NCBI GenBank assembly: GCA_963823035.1
Contig: CAWGKG010000011.1
Coordinates: 64,001 to 128,000, forward strand
Source of the DNA: an uncultured Gemmatimonadales bacterium
GTDB lineage: Bacteria; Gemmatimonadota; Gemmatimonadetes; Longimicrobiales; Gaopeijiaceae
Reading direction: 5' to 3'
DNA length: 64,000 nt
Positions 10,691-22,929 of this stretch are shown here, one piece after another. Below the pieces are notes generated by a model that was given only the letters and a program-made list of their open reading frames with translations, had not been told where the DNA came from and did no database searches. The position numbers and the translations under genes were made by a program. The first letter of the stretch is position 1. Every line of letters begins with the position of its first letter.

Positions 10691-11991
10691 GTGCGGGTCT
10701 ACTTCCACACGTTCGGCTGCAAGGCCAACCAGTACGACACCGAGCGCATGCGTCAGGAGTCGGAGGCCCGCGGCGCCGCGCACGGTCGACTCGTGGGCCG
10801 ACGCGGACGTGTGCGTGGTCAACACCTGCACGGTCACCAACCAGGCGGACGCCGAGGCGCGTCGCTTCGTCCGCCGGGTCGGGAGGGAGAACCCCGGGAT
10901 GCGCGTCGTGGTCGCCGGCTGCTCCGCCGCGCTGCGCGCGGCGGACTACCGGGCGATGGACGAGGTGACCGGCGTCGTGGCGGGACACGATCCGGTGGCC
11001 GTCGCGGGCGCGCTGTGGACGGCCGCTCCGGTGCAGATCGAGCTGCGTGTCCCCCTCGACCGCATGGACACGGAGCCCGTCGGCGGGGAGCTGCTACGCC
11101 GCCGCGCCGGCGCGACGCGCGGGTGGCTCAAGGTCCAGGACGGCTGCGACCGGAAGTGCTCCTTCTGCGCGACCCGCCTGGCGCGCGGCGCGTCGCGCTC
11201 GAGGCCGCCGGAGGCGGTGGTCGCCGAGGCCCGCATGCTCGCTGCGCGTCCATCCGGAGCTGGTCGTGACCGGGATCCACATCGGCCACTACGGCCACGA
11301 CCTGGATCCGCCGTGGACGCTCGCGCGGCTGGTGGCGCTCCTTCTGGAGCGGGTGCCGGACGTCCGCCTTCGCCTCGGCAGCGTCGAGGCCACCGAGGTG
11401 GACGACGACCTCCTGGGCCTCCTGGCGGAATCCGGCGGGCGCCTGGCACCGCATCTGCACATGCCCCTGCAGAGCGGGGCCGATGCGGTGCTGCGCCGCA
11501 TGCGCCGTTGGCACACGCGCGAGCAGTATCGACGGCGCGCGTGGCAGATCGCCGAGCGCGTCGGCGACCTGGGGCTGGGCGCCGACGTGATCACGGGCTT
11601 CCCCGGCGAATCGGAGGCCGATCACGCGGATACGCTGCGCCTCGTCGACGAGCTTCCCTTCACCTATCTTCACGTCTTCCCCTACTCGCAGCGCGAGGGT
11701 ACGGCGGCCGTGGAGCTCTCCGATCCCGTGCCGCAGCGGGTGGCGGGGGAGCGCAGCCTGGAGCTGCGCACGCTCGCCCTCGAGAAGGGTCGGGCCTACC
11801 GCGGCCGACGCCTGGGCGGGTCGGCGAGGGTGGTGCTGGAGGGAAGGGGCGGCACCGCGCTCACGGGTGACTACCTGCGCGTGGGCGCCCCCGACGCCCC
11901 CGACGCGCGCGGGCGAGTGCTCGAGGGTACCCTGCGGGGCACGGCGGACCATCTGTATATTGCTTGGCCCCCGACGAACCCTACGATGTGA
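10691..11991 (+). CDS. mtaB: tRNA t6A37 methylthiotransferase MtaB-like (+1 frameshifts near 10781 and 11247)
   Basis: TFGCKANQYD, NTCTVT, KVQDGCDRKCSFC, LHMPLQSG, DVITGFPGE, HVFPYSQREGT, spread over three frames. Confidence 0.85.
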
Positions 11992-11996
11992 GTGGT

Positions 11997-13390
<1,394 letters not shown>

Positions 13391-13394
<4 letters not shown>

Positions 13395-13705
13395 GCCGCC
13401 TCACGAGCGCGGCGGGGGTGGTGGCCGTGCTGGGCCTCTCCGTGGGCTTCGCCTCGCTCAACGGCGGCCAGCGCGTCACGCTGCGCCTCGGCGTCGCGAC
13501 CTTCTACGGTGTGCCGCTGACGGTCGTCGCCTTCGGGGGGATGGTCGTGGGCATGGTGATCATGCTCGGCGCCAGCATCCACTCCGACCTCAAGGTCCGC
13601 CGCATCCTGCGCGCCCGCCTCGCCGAGGAGGGCTTGCAGGAGAGCCAGCGGTTCGTGGACCAGAGCCAGCAGGACCTCTTCCCGGGAGAGCAGCGCAAGG
13701 AGTGA
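13391..13705 (+). CDS. LapA-family small membrane protein
   Basis: GTG overlaps the miaB stop. Two TM segments around FASLNGGQRVTL and VPL, then a basic coiled tail. Confidence 0.65.
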
Positions 13706-13748
13706 TCGCCCCCTTTCCCCGGCGGGAGATGCCCCGACCCTGATCGGC

Positions 13749-15990
13749 GTGCTCCCTCCGGTGGCGCGCCTGGCGATCCTCTTCGCCGCGGGCGCCGCCT
13801 TCACCCCCCTCCTGGGGCGCCTCGCCCCCGCCGCCCTCCTCCTCCTCGCGCTCCCGCCCATCCGGGCATGGCTCCGTCCCGTCGCCATCCCCCGCGCCGC
13901 CCTCCTCGCCGCGCTCGTGGCCGGCGGCCTCTCCTCCGTGGCCGCCCGGGGGGCGGACTCGTGCGCGGGGCCGGGCCCCGCCGGCGGACGCATCCGGGTC
14001 GTGGGCCACTACCTCGCGCGGGCCGCGGATCGGCCCGGTCCCGTTCCAGGAAGCCGCGGGGCGGTGTCGGCGGACCCTGCGCGTGCTCCCCTCCGGCGAG
14101 GTGGACGCCGGCGTGGCCGTGCGCGTCACGGGCCGGTGGCGCGAGGGCCCGGGAGGCTGGATGGTCGTGGCGGACTCGGTGACGGCGGTCGCCGGCGCGC
14201 GGCCCTCGGCGTTCCGCGCGCTGGCGCGTTGGCGGGGCCGGCTCGTGCAGCGGCTGGAGGCGATGTACGGCCCGCGGGCGCCGCTGGTCGCGGCGCTGAC
14301 GCTCGCACGCAAGGAAGGCCTCGATCCGGAGCTGCGCGAGGCCTTCGCCCGCAGCGGGATCGCCCATCTCCTCGCCATCTCCGGGTTCCACGTGGGCGTC
14401 GTGGCGCTCCTCCTGCTGACGCTCCTGCGCGTCGGCGCGTGTGCCCCGGAGGGGCGCCGCGCTCGGGGCGGCGGTCGGGACGTGGGCCTACGTGGCCGTC
14501 CTGGGCTTCCCGGACGCGGCGTGCCGGGCGGCGGTGATCGTGACCGCCGTCGCGGCGTCCCGAGCTGCGGGGCCGGCCGCCCGCACGCTGGGGTCCCCTC
14601 GGCGCGGCGCTCCTGGTGCTCCTCGCGCTCGATCCCCGCCGCATCGCCTCGCCGGGCTTCCAGCTCTCCTTCGCGGGTGCCGCGGGACTGGCCGCCGGGA
14701 CGTCCGGCCTCGAGGCGAGGCTGAAGCGGTGGGCGCCGCGCCTCCCGGCCGGCGTGGCCTCGGCCGTCGCGGCCGGCGTCGCCGCGACGCTGGCGACACT
14801 CCCGGTGGTCGCATGGCACTTCGAGCGCGTCTCGCTGGTCGGGATCCCGGCCACCCTGGTCGCGTCGCCCCTGGTCGCGCTGACGCTCCCGGGAGCCCTC
14901 GCCTCGCTCCTCGCGGACGCGGTCCACCCCGCCGCCGGCCGCTTCCTCGCGGGCGGCGTCGATCTCGGCCTCGTGGCCCTCGAGGCCATGACCCGGCTCT
15001 TCGCGGCACCGCCGTGGGCCAGCCTGTGGGTGCCGCGCAGCTGGATCCCTCTCGCCGCGGGCGGCGCGGCCCTCACGGCCCTGCTGGTGCGGGCGCCCGC
15101 GATCCGGGCCCGCACGCGGCGCTGGGTGGCCGCGCTCGGGGCGGCCGCCGCGATCACGGCCTGGCCGGCGCTGCTCGCGCTCCAGGCGCGAGGGACGCTC
15201 GAGGTGCTGGCCATCGACGTGGGGCAGGGTGACGCGATCGCGCTCCGGACGCCCGGGGGACGGTGGATCCTCGTCGACGCCGGTCCGCCTCGCCCGGGAG
15301 ACCCGGGCGGCGCACCCGTGGTGCGGGAGCTGCGCCGCCGCGGCGTCCATCGCCTCGAGCTCCTGGTGTTGACGCACCCCGACCTGGACCACGTCGGGGG
15401 GGCGGAGGCCGTGTTGTCGTCGTTCGAGGTGGGCGCCGTGCTCGAGCCGTCGCGACCCACGGGGAAGGACGCCTACGTCTCCCTCCTGGGGGCCGCGGCC
15501 GCGCGGGGCGTTCCCTGGAAGCGCGCCGAGGCCGGGCAGCGCTTCGCCCTGGACGGGGTGACGCTCGAGGTGCTCAGCCCTCCCGGGCCGGACGCCCCCC
15601 GGGCGGAGGACGCCACGGAGTCGAACGCGGTCTCCGTGGTCCTCGCGGTCCGCTACGGGGCGCTGGACGCTCTGCTCACGGGCGACGCTCCGAAGTCGGT
15701 GGAACGCAGGGTGGCGGCGGCCGTGGGGTCGACGCTGGAGATCCTCAAGGTGGGCCACCACGGGAGCGCGACCTCGACCGATACGATCCTGCTGGCGAAG
15801 GCCCATCCGCGCGTCGCGCTGGTGTCGGTCGGGAAGGGCAACCGGTTCGGGCACCCGGCGCCCGGCGTCCTCGCGGCGCTGCGAGCGGTTCGGCGTCGAG
15901 ATCCACCGCACGGACCGCGAGGGGACGCTCCGCGTGCTCGGGCGCCGCGACGGCTCCTTCTCCGTGGTGGGCGCGCACGCTCCCCGATGA
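13749..15990 (+). CDS. comEC: DNA uptake competence protein ComEC/Rec2 (four +1 frameshifts)
   Basis: GIAHLLAISGFHV, GFQLSF, DVGQGD, LTHPDLDHVGG, LLTGDA, KVGHHGS, NRFGHP, HRTD, across successive frames. Confidence 0.88.
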
Positions 15991-16076
15991 GCCCCGCGCC
16001 CCGGGGTCGTTGACCCTCGGGACCCCCGGAGCCTAAGCTCGTCCCGTTCCCAACCGACGCCCGTTCCCCACGAGCC

Positions 16077-17078
16077 ATGCCCGACACCCACGTCGTCACG
16101 ATCTCACGCTTCCTGATCGAACAGGAGCGCAACTACCCCGAGGCCACCGGCGCCTTCACCAACATCCTCTACGACATCGCCCTCGCGGCCAAGATCATCT
16201 CCCGCGAGGTGAACAAGGCCGGTCTGGTGGACATCCTCGGGCGAACGGGCGACGAGAACGTCCACGGCGAGCAGGTGCAGAAGCTCGACCTCTTCGCGAA
16301 CGACGTGCTGTACAGGGCGCTCGACCACACGGGGCACATCGCCGTGCTGGCCTCCGAGGAGAGCGAGGACCCCATCCCGATCCCCGAGCGCTTTCCGGCC
16401 GGGGACTACGTCGTGCTCTTCGATCCCCTGGACGGCTCTTCGAACATCGACGTGAACGTATCCATCGGCACGATCTTCTCCATCCACCGCAAGATCTCGA
16501 AGGGCGAGCGGGGCACGCTGGAGGACTGTCTCCAGCCGGGCTCCCGCCAACTCGCGGCCGGCTACGTCGTCTACGGCTCCTCCACGATGCTCGTGTACAC
16601 GACCGGGGCCGGCGTCCACGGCTTCACCCTCGATCCGTCCATCGGGGAGTTCCTCCTCAGCCACCCCGACCTCCGCATCCCCGAGCCCCCGGCGAAGACG
16701 TATTCGATCAACGAGGCCTACTACGACCGCTGGTCTCCGGGGCAGCAACGCCTGGTGAGCCACATGAAGAGGGAAGGGGGCTTCGGATCCCGCTACATCG
16801 GCTCGCTCGTGGCCGACATCCACCGAACGCTGCTCCAGGGTGGCCTGTTCATGTATCCGGCCGACAGCAAGAGCCCCCGTGGCAAGCTCCGCCTCCTCTA
16901 CGAGGCGGCCCCGATGGCCATGGTCGTGGAGCAGGCGGGCGGGCGGGCGAGCGACGGTCGGCGCCCCCTCATGGACGTCCAGCCGGAGAGCCTGCACGAG
17001 CGGACGCCGGTGTACGTCGGCTCCGCCCCCTTCGTGGAGATGGCCGAGCGTTTCCTCGCCGAGGACTCGGAAATCTGA
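16077..17078 (+). CDS. fbp: Class 1 fructose-1,6-bisphosphatase
   Basis: [38 protein letters not shown]. Confidence 0.96.
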   Translation: MPDTHVVTISRFLIEQERNYPEATGAFTNILYDIALAAKIISREVNKAGLVDILGRTGDENVHGEQVQKLDLFANDVLYRALDHTGHIAVLASEESEDPIPIPERFPAGDYVVLFDPLDGSSNIDVNVSIGTIFSIHRKISKGERGTLEDCLQPGSRQLAAGYVVYGSSTMLVYTTGAGVHGFTLDPSIGEFLLSHPDLRIPEPPAKTYSINEAYYDRWSPGQQRLVSHMKREGGFGSRYIGSLVADIHRTLLQGGLFMYPADSKSPRGKLRLLYEAAPMAMVVEQAGGRASDGRRPLMDVQPESLHERTPVYVGSAPFVEMAERFLAEDSEI

Positions 17079-17123
17079 GGGTCTTCGGTTTTCCGAGGGT
17101 TCAACTCGCTCGGGCTACGATTC

Positions 17124-17178
17124 TAACTGGTTGTCAAATAGTAACTTACAGATCTCCTGTGCCTGGCATCGAACTTGC
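17124..17178 (+). promoter_or_regulatory. Putative sigma54 (-24/-12) promoter with an upstream IHF-like site
   Basis: TGGCATCGAACTTGC at 17164-17178 has GG-N10-GC spacing. AT-rich TAACTGGTTG at 17124-17133 reads CAA-N4-TTA on the minus strand. Confidence 0.65.
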
Positions 17179-17251
17179 GTGCTCAGGTTCTCGGTTCGTT
17201 ATGCCCCGAAAGTGGGGGGGCAGCCATCCACTATTCATGGGACAAGGTGAC

Positions 17252-20200
17252 ATGAAGCGATTCAAGTATCTGGCCCTGGCGACGCTTGTCGGCGCCTGGG
17301 CCTGCTCCTCGGACGCACCCGTCGTGCCGCCGGTAACCGGCACGATCTCGGGTACGGTGACGATCGAGGGCAGCGGCGCTTCCGGAATCACCGTATCGCT
17401 TTCGTCGGGCGCTTCGGCGACGACGGACGGCTCGGGCGCGTACTCGTTCGCGAGCGTGCCGGGCGGCGCATACACGGTGACGATCAGCGACTTCCCGTCG
17501 GACGTGACGTTCTCGTCGACGTCCAAGGCGGCCGCGATCCAGACGACGGGACAGACGGTGCCGGTGGACTTCAGCGGCTCCTACATCCGGACGTCGTCGA
17601 TCGTGGGTACGGTCGCGGCGGGCGGCACCGGCCTCGCCGGTGTGTCGGTTGCTGCGACGGGCCCCAGCGGGGCGCAGAACAAGGTCACGGACGCGAACGG
17701 CAACTACGCGATGACGGGCCTGCGCGCCGGTGACTACACGATCGAGATCTCGGACATCCCGAGCGGCTACACCTTCGCGACGACGTCGAAGACGGTGTCG
17801 GTGGGCGTGGGCGCGACGGAGCAGGCGCAGTTCGCGGGCACGAAGGACCTGGCCGACGTGACGGCGTCGGTTCTGATCAAGAGCGTGACGAAGACGACCA
17901 CGGCGACGCCGGTGAACCCGTCGGCGGTGGTGGGTCAGATCGACGTGACGCTGGCGATCGAGCCGGGCACGAACCAGCTGAGCAAGGTGTGCGTGCTGCT
18001 GGACGGTGCCGAGGTTCCGAACGGCTGCCAGACGCTGAGCAGCGCGGTGGCGGGCGCCGAGGGCGGCCCGGAGGCGGCGGCGACGTTCGAGCCGGTGTTC
18101 ACGATCCTGACGAACGCGTTCGACGGGACGACGGGCGCGCCGATGTGGCTGGACGAGAACCACACGCTGTCGGCCGTGGTGGACCTGACGAACGCGGCGC
18201 AGTCGTCGGTGGAGACGAGCATGACGCTGACGTTCGCGAACCCGGACGAGGTGGTCGCGACGGTGGTTCCGGCGCAGACGGCCGTCGGTGGTGACGACGG
18301 CGCGGCGGCGGGCAAGCTGTGGTACGGCGGCGACATGATGGTGCACCTGGTGCCCGTGCTGTACTCGGGCAAGACGCTGTCGTCCGCGTCGGTGCAGTTC
18401 ACGGGGAACGCGACGTCGAAGACGGCGACGACGTTCCCGGGTGACGTGACGTTCAGCTCGGCCTGTGGCAGCACTCCGGGCCCGCTGTGCGGGTACCAGA
18501 GCGGAGCGATCGATGTCGACCAGTTCACGATCACGTCGGCGCTGTACGAGGGTGGTACGTCGGCGAGCGTGCTGGTGGGCACGGATGCGTCGGGACCGAA
18601 CGGGACGACGAGCAACATCGATGAAGTTGCGCCGGTTGCGACGGACCTGTACCTGACGGACCAGGTGAACGACTGGGAAGACGGAATCGCGTGCTGCGCG
18701 AACAACTGGGTCGGTGAGGACTACGCGTTCGAGGACGGCCTGGACGGCGATCCGTCGGATGCGGGCGTGGGCATCGGGACGACGGTGTTCTACGTGGGCG
18801 ATCCGTCGGACGACGATGACGAGATCGAGGCTGCGGGGAACATGGCCGAGACCGCGGGTGACGCGGGTCTGGACCTGAGCTTCACGAACGACGAGAACAC
18901 GGTGGTGGCGGTGTTCACCGACAAGGTGGGCAACAAGTCGTACCAGCGTCTGGAAGCGGACGGTGGGACGAACGACGCCGAGACGTTCGGGTTCGACAAC
19001 ACGATGCCGACGGGCTTCGCGGTGGCGACGGGTTCGGAGCCGAACCGGATCATCTACAACATCGCGAACACGGGTCCGGGCGACGATCTGGGCTTCAGCT
19101 CGACGGAGGATCGTGCGGGCTTCTCGAGCGTGCCGATCTCCGGTTATCTGGTGCGCTACACGGCGGACGACGACCCGTTCTACGCGATCGCGCAGGACGA
19201 CGAGGACGGCGGAGCGGTGAACCTGCCGTCGACGCTGCCGGCCTGCGGTGCGGCGACGGATCCGTCGAACGCGAACCTGTGCTACCCGGTCGCCAACGAC
19301 CTGACGAACGGTCTGTGGATGATCGACGCAGTGAGCCAGGACCAGGCGGGCAACCGCACGGCGACGAGCATCCAGCGTCAGGTCCTGATCGACGACGTGG
19401 CGCCTCTGACGCAGAACGTGGCGCTGCCGCCTCAGGTGGTGGCGGGCTCGGCGGTGACGTACAGCGCGCCGGTGACGGACAACCACGAGCTGTGGTCGGT
19501 CGCCTTCGGTACGGACTTCGAGACGGTGGCCGGCTCGACCATCGGCGACGATGTGTTCGTGCCGTTCGGCGAGAACGTGATGGTCGGCGACGGGGATCGT
19601 TGGGACACGAACTTCCCGACGAGCGCGTCGGCGGTGCTGACCCTGAGCAAGGCCGTGGTGGCGCGCGAGATGGCGCCGGGCGGCACGCCTACCGGTGACG
19701 TCGGACTGGCGACGAACGTGCGTGCGGTCACGACGGACGCAGCGGGCAACCAGTCGGCGCCGACGGGGAACAACTTCCTGGCGGGCACCGTGGATCCGGG
19801 CGGCGATTCGGACACCTACTCGGCCGAGACGACGAACTGGGCGATCAGCACGGACGACGACTACCTGCTGTGCAACGGGCAGGGCAGCACGGCCTGCGAC
19901 GATGACCCGGTCACGGGCACGCAGGTGACGTCGGTCGACTTCGACATCATCGCCGAGGGCGCGTCGGGCACGTACGCGAATCCCTTCGGGGCCGCGGGCG
20001 TGATCTACGTGTACGTGAACATCGACGGTGGTGACGCGACGTACTACACGGCGGACGAACACGTGGTACCTGCTGGGCAGCGTGACGGCCGCATCGGCCG
20101 CGCTGACCGACGACGGCACCACGCGGACGTACACGTGGACGTTCACGGTGAACTCCGCGGACGTGAGCGCGATCGGCGACGGCACGGACATCAACGTGGT

Positions 20201-20288
20201 CGCGATGGGTCTGAACGCCGCGACCGGCACGTTGCTGGTGGGCGAGCCGCAGGCTCAGACCATCACGGTGGAGAACGGCACCAACTGA
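17252..20288 (+). CDS. Large acidic Ig/Cna-B-repeat surface lipoprotein, S-layer-like (+1 frameshift near 20060)
   Basis: MKRFKYLALATLVGAWA-C lipoprotein signal, two carboxypeptidase-regulatory-like repeats, T/D/G/A-rich beta sequence. The C-terminus continues in ORF 20028..20288. Confidence 0.85.
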
Positions 20289-20311
20289 GGGTGAAGTGAA
20301 GTAGCCGAACA

Positions 20312-20379
20312 CCCTGCTTCGGCAGGGGCAGCAAACGAGGCCCCCGTCCGGCGCTTGCCGGGCGGGGGCTCTCGCTTTT
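20312..20379 (+). terminator. UUCG hairpin followed by an intrinsic terminator
   Basis: CCCTGC-TTCG-GCAGGG (20312-20327), then a 13-bp stem at 20340-20369 followed by CTTTT, between convergent genes. Confidence 0.8.
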
Positions 20380-20430
20380 CCGGGGGCCTGCAACGGGGCC
20401 TCGGCGCGGGGAGAGGCACGGGCCTCAGGA

Positions 20431-21453
20431 TCAGGTCGTTGGGTCGACCTCGGCCACGAGGGCGGCCTTCTCGGCGCCCGGGAGCCAAGCGGCCTCGAAG
20501 CCCGCGCGCGCGACGGCCTTCAGCTCGTCCCACCCGAAGCCCAGATGGTCACGGGCGTGCGCGTACTCGGCCGTGAGGGTGGTGCCGGACATGAGGCGGT
20601 TGTCGGTGCACAGCACGACGGGGATACCCTCGTCGAAGTAGCGCCGCACCGGGTGCTGACCGTACGACGGAGACACGCCGGTCTGCACGTTGGAGGTGAT
20701 GCATACCTCGAGGGGGATGCCGCGCGTGCGCACGAGGGCCTCGAGCTCGGGGTCCTCGTACAGACGGGTGCCGTGGCCGATGCGGTCGGCCCGGGCCAGA
20801 TGGACGGCCTCGTGGATCGACGGCGAGCCGAAGCCCTCGCCCGCGTGCACCGTGACCGGGAGCCCCGCCGCGTGGGCCACCTCGAAGGCCGCCAGGTGCT
20901 CGCGCACGGGGTTGCCGGCCTCGGCCCCTGCCAGGTCGAAGGCCACCACGCCCCGCTCCCGGCAGGCAACGGCAAGCTCGGCCATCTCCACCGAGATGGT
21001 CGGCTCGAGGGTGCGCAGGGCACACACGATCACGCGCGACCGGATGCCGAAGTCCGCCTCGGCCCGGTCGTGCCCCGCGAGGACCGCGTCGACCGCCTCC
21101 TCCGGGCTCAACCCGCCCTCGGTGTTGAGCGCGGGGCAGAAGCGTACCTCCGCGTACCGCACGCCCTCCCGGGCGTGGTCCTCCGCGAGCTCGTAGGCGA
21201 TCCGCTCGAGCGCCTCGGAGTCCTGCATGACCGACAGCGTCAGGACGAAGCGGGCCAGGTACTCCTCGAGGCTGTGCGCGTCGTCCACGAGCATGTGGTG
21301 GGCGAGGCCCCGGGGATCGAGGCTCGGCAGGGGCACGCCACGCGCCCGTGCGAGGTCGATCATCGTCTCGGGGCGGAGGCTCCCGTCCAGGTGGACGTGC
21401 AGCTCCGCCTTGGGGAGCGCGCGGAGCCGTGCGTCCGACGGCGCCGTCAGCAA
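20431..21453 (-). CDS. add: Adenosine deaminase
   Basis: LPKAELHVHLDGS, DLAGAE, HAGE, RIGHG, EVCITSN, TDN. TTG start overlaps the purF end. Confidence 0.93.
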   Translation of the reverse strand: MLTAPSDARLRALPKAELHVHLDGSLRPETMIDLARARGVPLPSLDPRGLAHHMLVDDAHSLEEYLARFVLTLSVMQDSEALERIAYELAEDHAREGVRYAEVRFCPALNTEGGLSPEEAVDAVLAGHDRAEADFGIRSRVIVCALRTLEPTISVEMAELAVACRERGVVAFDLAGAEAGNPVREHLAAFEVAHAAGLPVTVHAGEGFGSPSIHEAVHLARADRIGHGTRLYEDPELEALVRTRGIPLEVCITSNVQTGVSPSYGQHPVRRYFDEGIPVVLCTDNRLMSGTTLTAEYAHARDHLGFGWDELKAVARAGFEAAWLPGAEKAALVAEVDPTT

Positions 21454-22925
21454 CCTGTGGGTCCCTCGACGGACGCGAGCCCCCGCTCGACGTCGACGAG
21501 CGCGGAAGGGTAGTCCCCCGAGAAGCAGGCGGTGCAGTAGGGTGCGCCGTCCTCCACGGCCTGCACCATGCCGTCGAGGGAGAGGTAGCCGAGCGACTCC
21601 ACGCCCAGCTGTTGCTCGATCTGCGGGATCTCGAGCTGTGAGCCCATGAGCTCGCTCTTCGTGGGCATGTCGATCCCGTAGAAGCAAGGGAAGCGCACGG
21701 GCGGGCTGGCGATGCGGAAGTGCACCTCGGCGGCGCCCGCCGCGCGCAGCATGCGCACCAGGCTCCGGCTCGTGGTGCCGCGCACGAGGGAGTCGTCCAC
21801 GACCACGATGCGCTTCCCGGCCAACACCTCGCGCACGGGGTTGTACTTCATGCGCGCGCCGAAGTCGCGGTCCTTCTGCAAGGGCTGGATGAACGTGCGC
21901 CCCACGTAGTGGTTGCGCAGGAGGCCCAGCTCGAAGGGGATCCCGCTCTCCTCCGCGAAGCCCAGGGCCGCCGAGTTCGCGCTGTCCGGCACGGCGATGA
22001 CGGCGTCGGCATCCACAGGATGTTCCTGGGCGAGGCGACGTCCGAAGGCCCGCCGCGCGGCGTCTACGCTCCGTCCCCAGATGCGTGAGTCGGGGCGGGC
22101 GAAGTAGACCAGCTCGAAGATGCACGGCGCGGGGCGGTCGGCGGGGGGAAGGGAGCGCAGGTGCGTGAGCTTCTTCCCCCGGATCTTGAGGACCTCGCCC
22201 GGCTCCACGTCACGGATGTACTCCGCGCCCATGATGTCGAGGGCGCACGTCTCGCTGGTGACGATATGGCCGCCGTCGAGCCGGCCGAGCACCAGGGGGC
22301 GGAAGCCCCGCGGATCACGCACGGCGTAGATCGTGTCGCCGACGGACAGCACGAGCGAGTAGGCTCCCTCGAGGTGCGTGAGCGCGTCGTCGATCTGGGC
22401 GTCGACGGTCTCGTGGCGCGACTTGGCGATGAGGTGGACGAGGATCTCCGAGTCCGACGTGGTCCGGAAGATGGCGCCCTCTTCGACGAGCCGGTTCCTC
22501 AAGTCGCGTTGGTTCGTGAGGTTGCCGTTGTGCGCGAGCGCCATCTCCCCGCGGAAGTAGCGTGCGGTGATGGGCTGCACGTTCTCGAGGGTGCTTCCCC
22601 CGGCCGTCGAGTAACGGACGTGCCCCACCGCCGTGGACCCCTCCAGGCGCGACAACGTGGCCACGTCGAAGACCTCGGAGACGAGGCCGGCGCCCTTGTG
22701 CGCCCGGCTGATGCCGTCCCTGCCGATCGCGACGATCCCCGCAGCTTCCTGCCCCCTGTGCTGGAGGGCGTAGAGCGCCAGGAAGGCGAGCTCCGCCGCG
22801 CTGGCGACGCCCGACACGGCGACGACGCCGCACTCCTCGTGCGGTCGGTCGTCGAGCTCGTACGTCGGCGCGGTGGGTCCGGCCGGCATCGGCGCGCGGG
22901 GGAGGACGGGCAGGGGCACGGGCAT
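21447..22925 (-). CDS. purF: Amidophosphoribosyltransferase
   Basis: EECG, LQHRGQE, GHVRYST, HNGNL, VDDSLVRGTT, and Fe-S cysteines (CIFE, PCFYG, CTAC). Confidence 0.96.
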   Translation of the reverse strand: MPVPLPVLPRAPMPAGPTAPTYELDDRPHEECGVVAVSGVASAAELAFLALYALQHRGQEAAGIVAIGRDGISRAHKGAGLVSEVFDVATLSRLEGSTAVGHVRYSTAGGSTLENVQPITARYFRGEMALAHNGNLTNQRDLRNRLVEEGAIFRTTSDSEILVHLIAKSRHETVDAQIDDALTHLEGAYSLVLSVGDTIYAVRDPRGFRPLVLGRLDGGHIVTSETCALDIMGAEYIRDVEPGEVLKIRGKKLTHLRSLPPADRPAPCIFELVYFARPDSRIWGRSVDAARRAFGRRLAQEHPVDADAVIAVPDSANSAALGFAEESGIPFELGLLRNHYVGRTFIQPLQKDRDFGARMKYNPVREVLAGKRIVVVDDSLVRGTTSRSLVRMLRAAGAAEVHFRIASPPVRFPCFYGIDMPTKSELMGSQLEIPQIEQQLGVESLGYLSLDGMVQAVEDGAPYCTACFSGDYPSALVDVERGLASVEGPTGC

Positions 22926-22929
22926 GGGT

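Noticed and set aside
13749..15990. comEC as a decayed pseudogene (loss of competence)
   Set aside because: All four breaks fit the same +1 two-allele pattern seen in core genes, and the catalytic motifs are intact.
17231..20230. 999-aa antisense ORF over the surface-protein gene
   Set aside because: Its Arg/Val/His-rich composition is the mirror image of the sense-strand codon bias.
17159..20299. ORF-track start and end for the surface protein
   Set aside because: The signal peptide begins at ATG 17252. The Arg-rich tail after about 20060 is out of frame, and the compositionally matching C-terminus ends at 20288.
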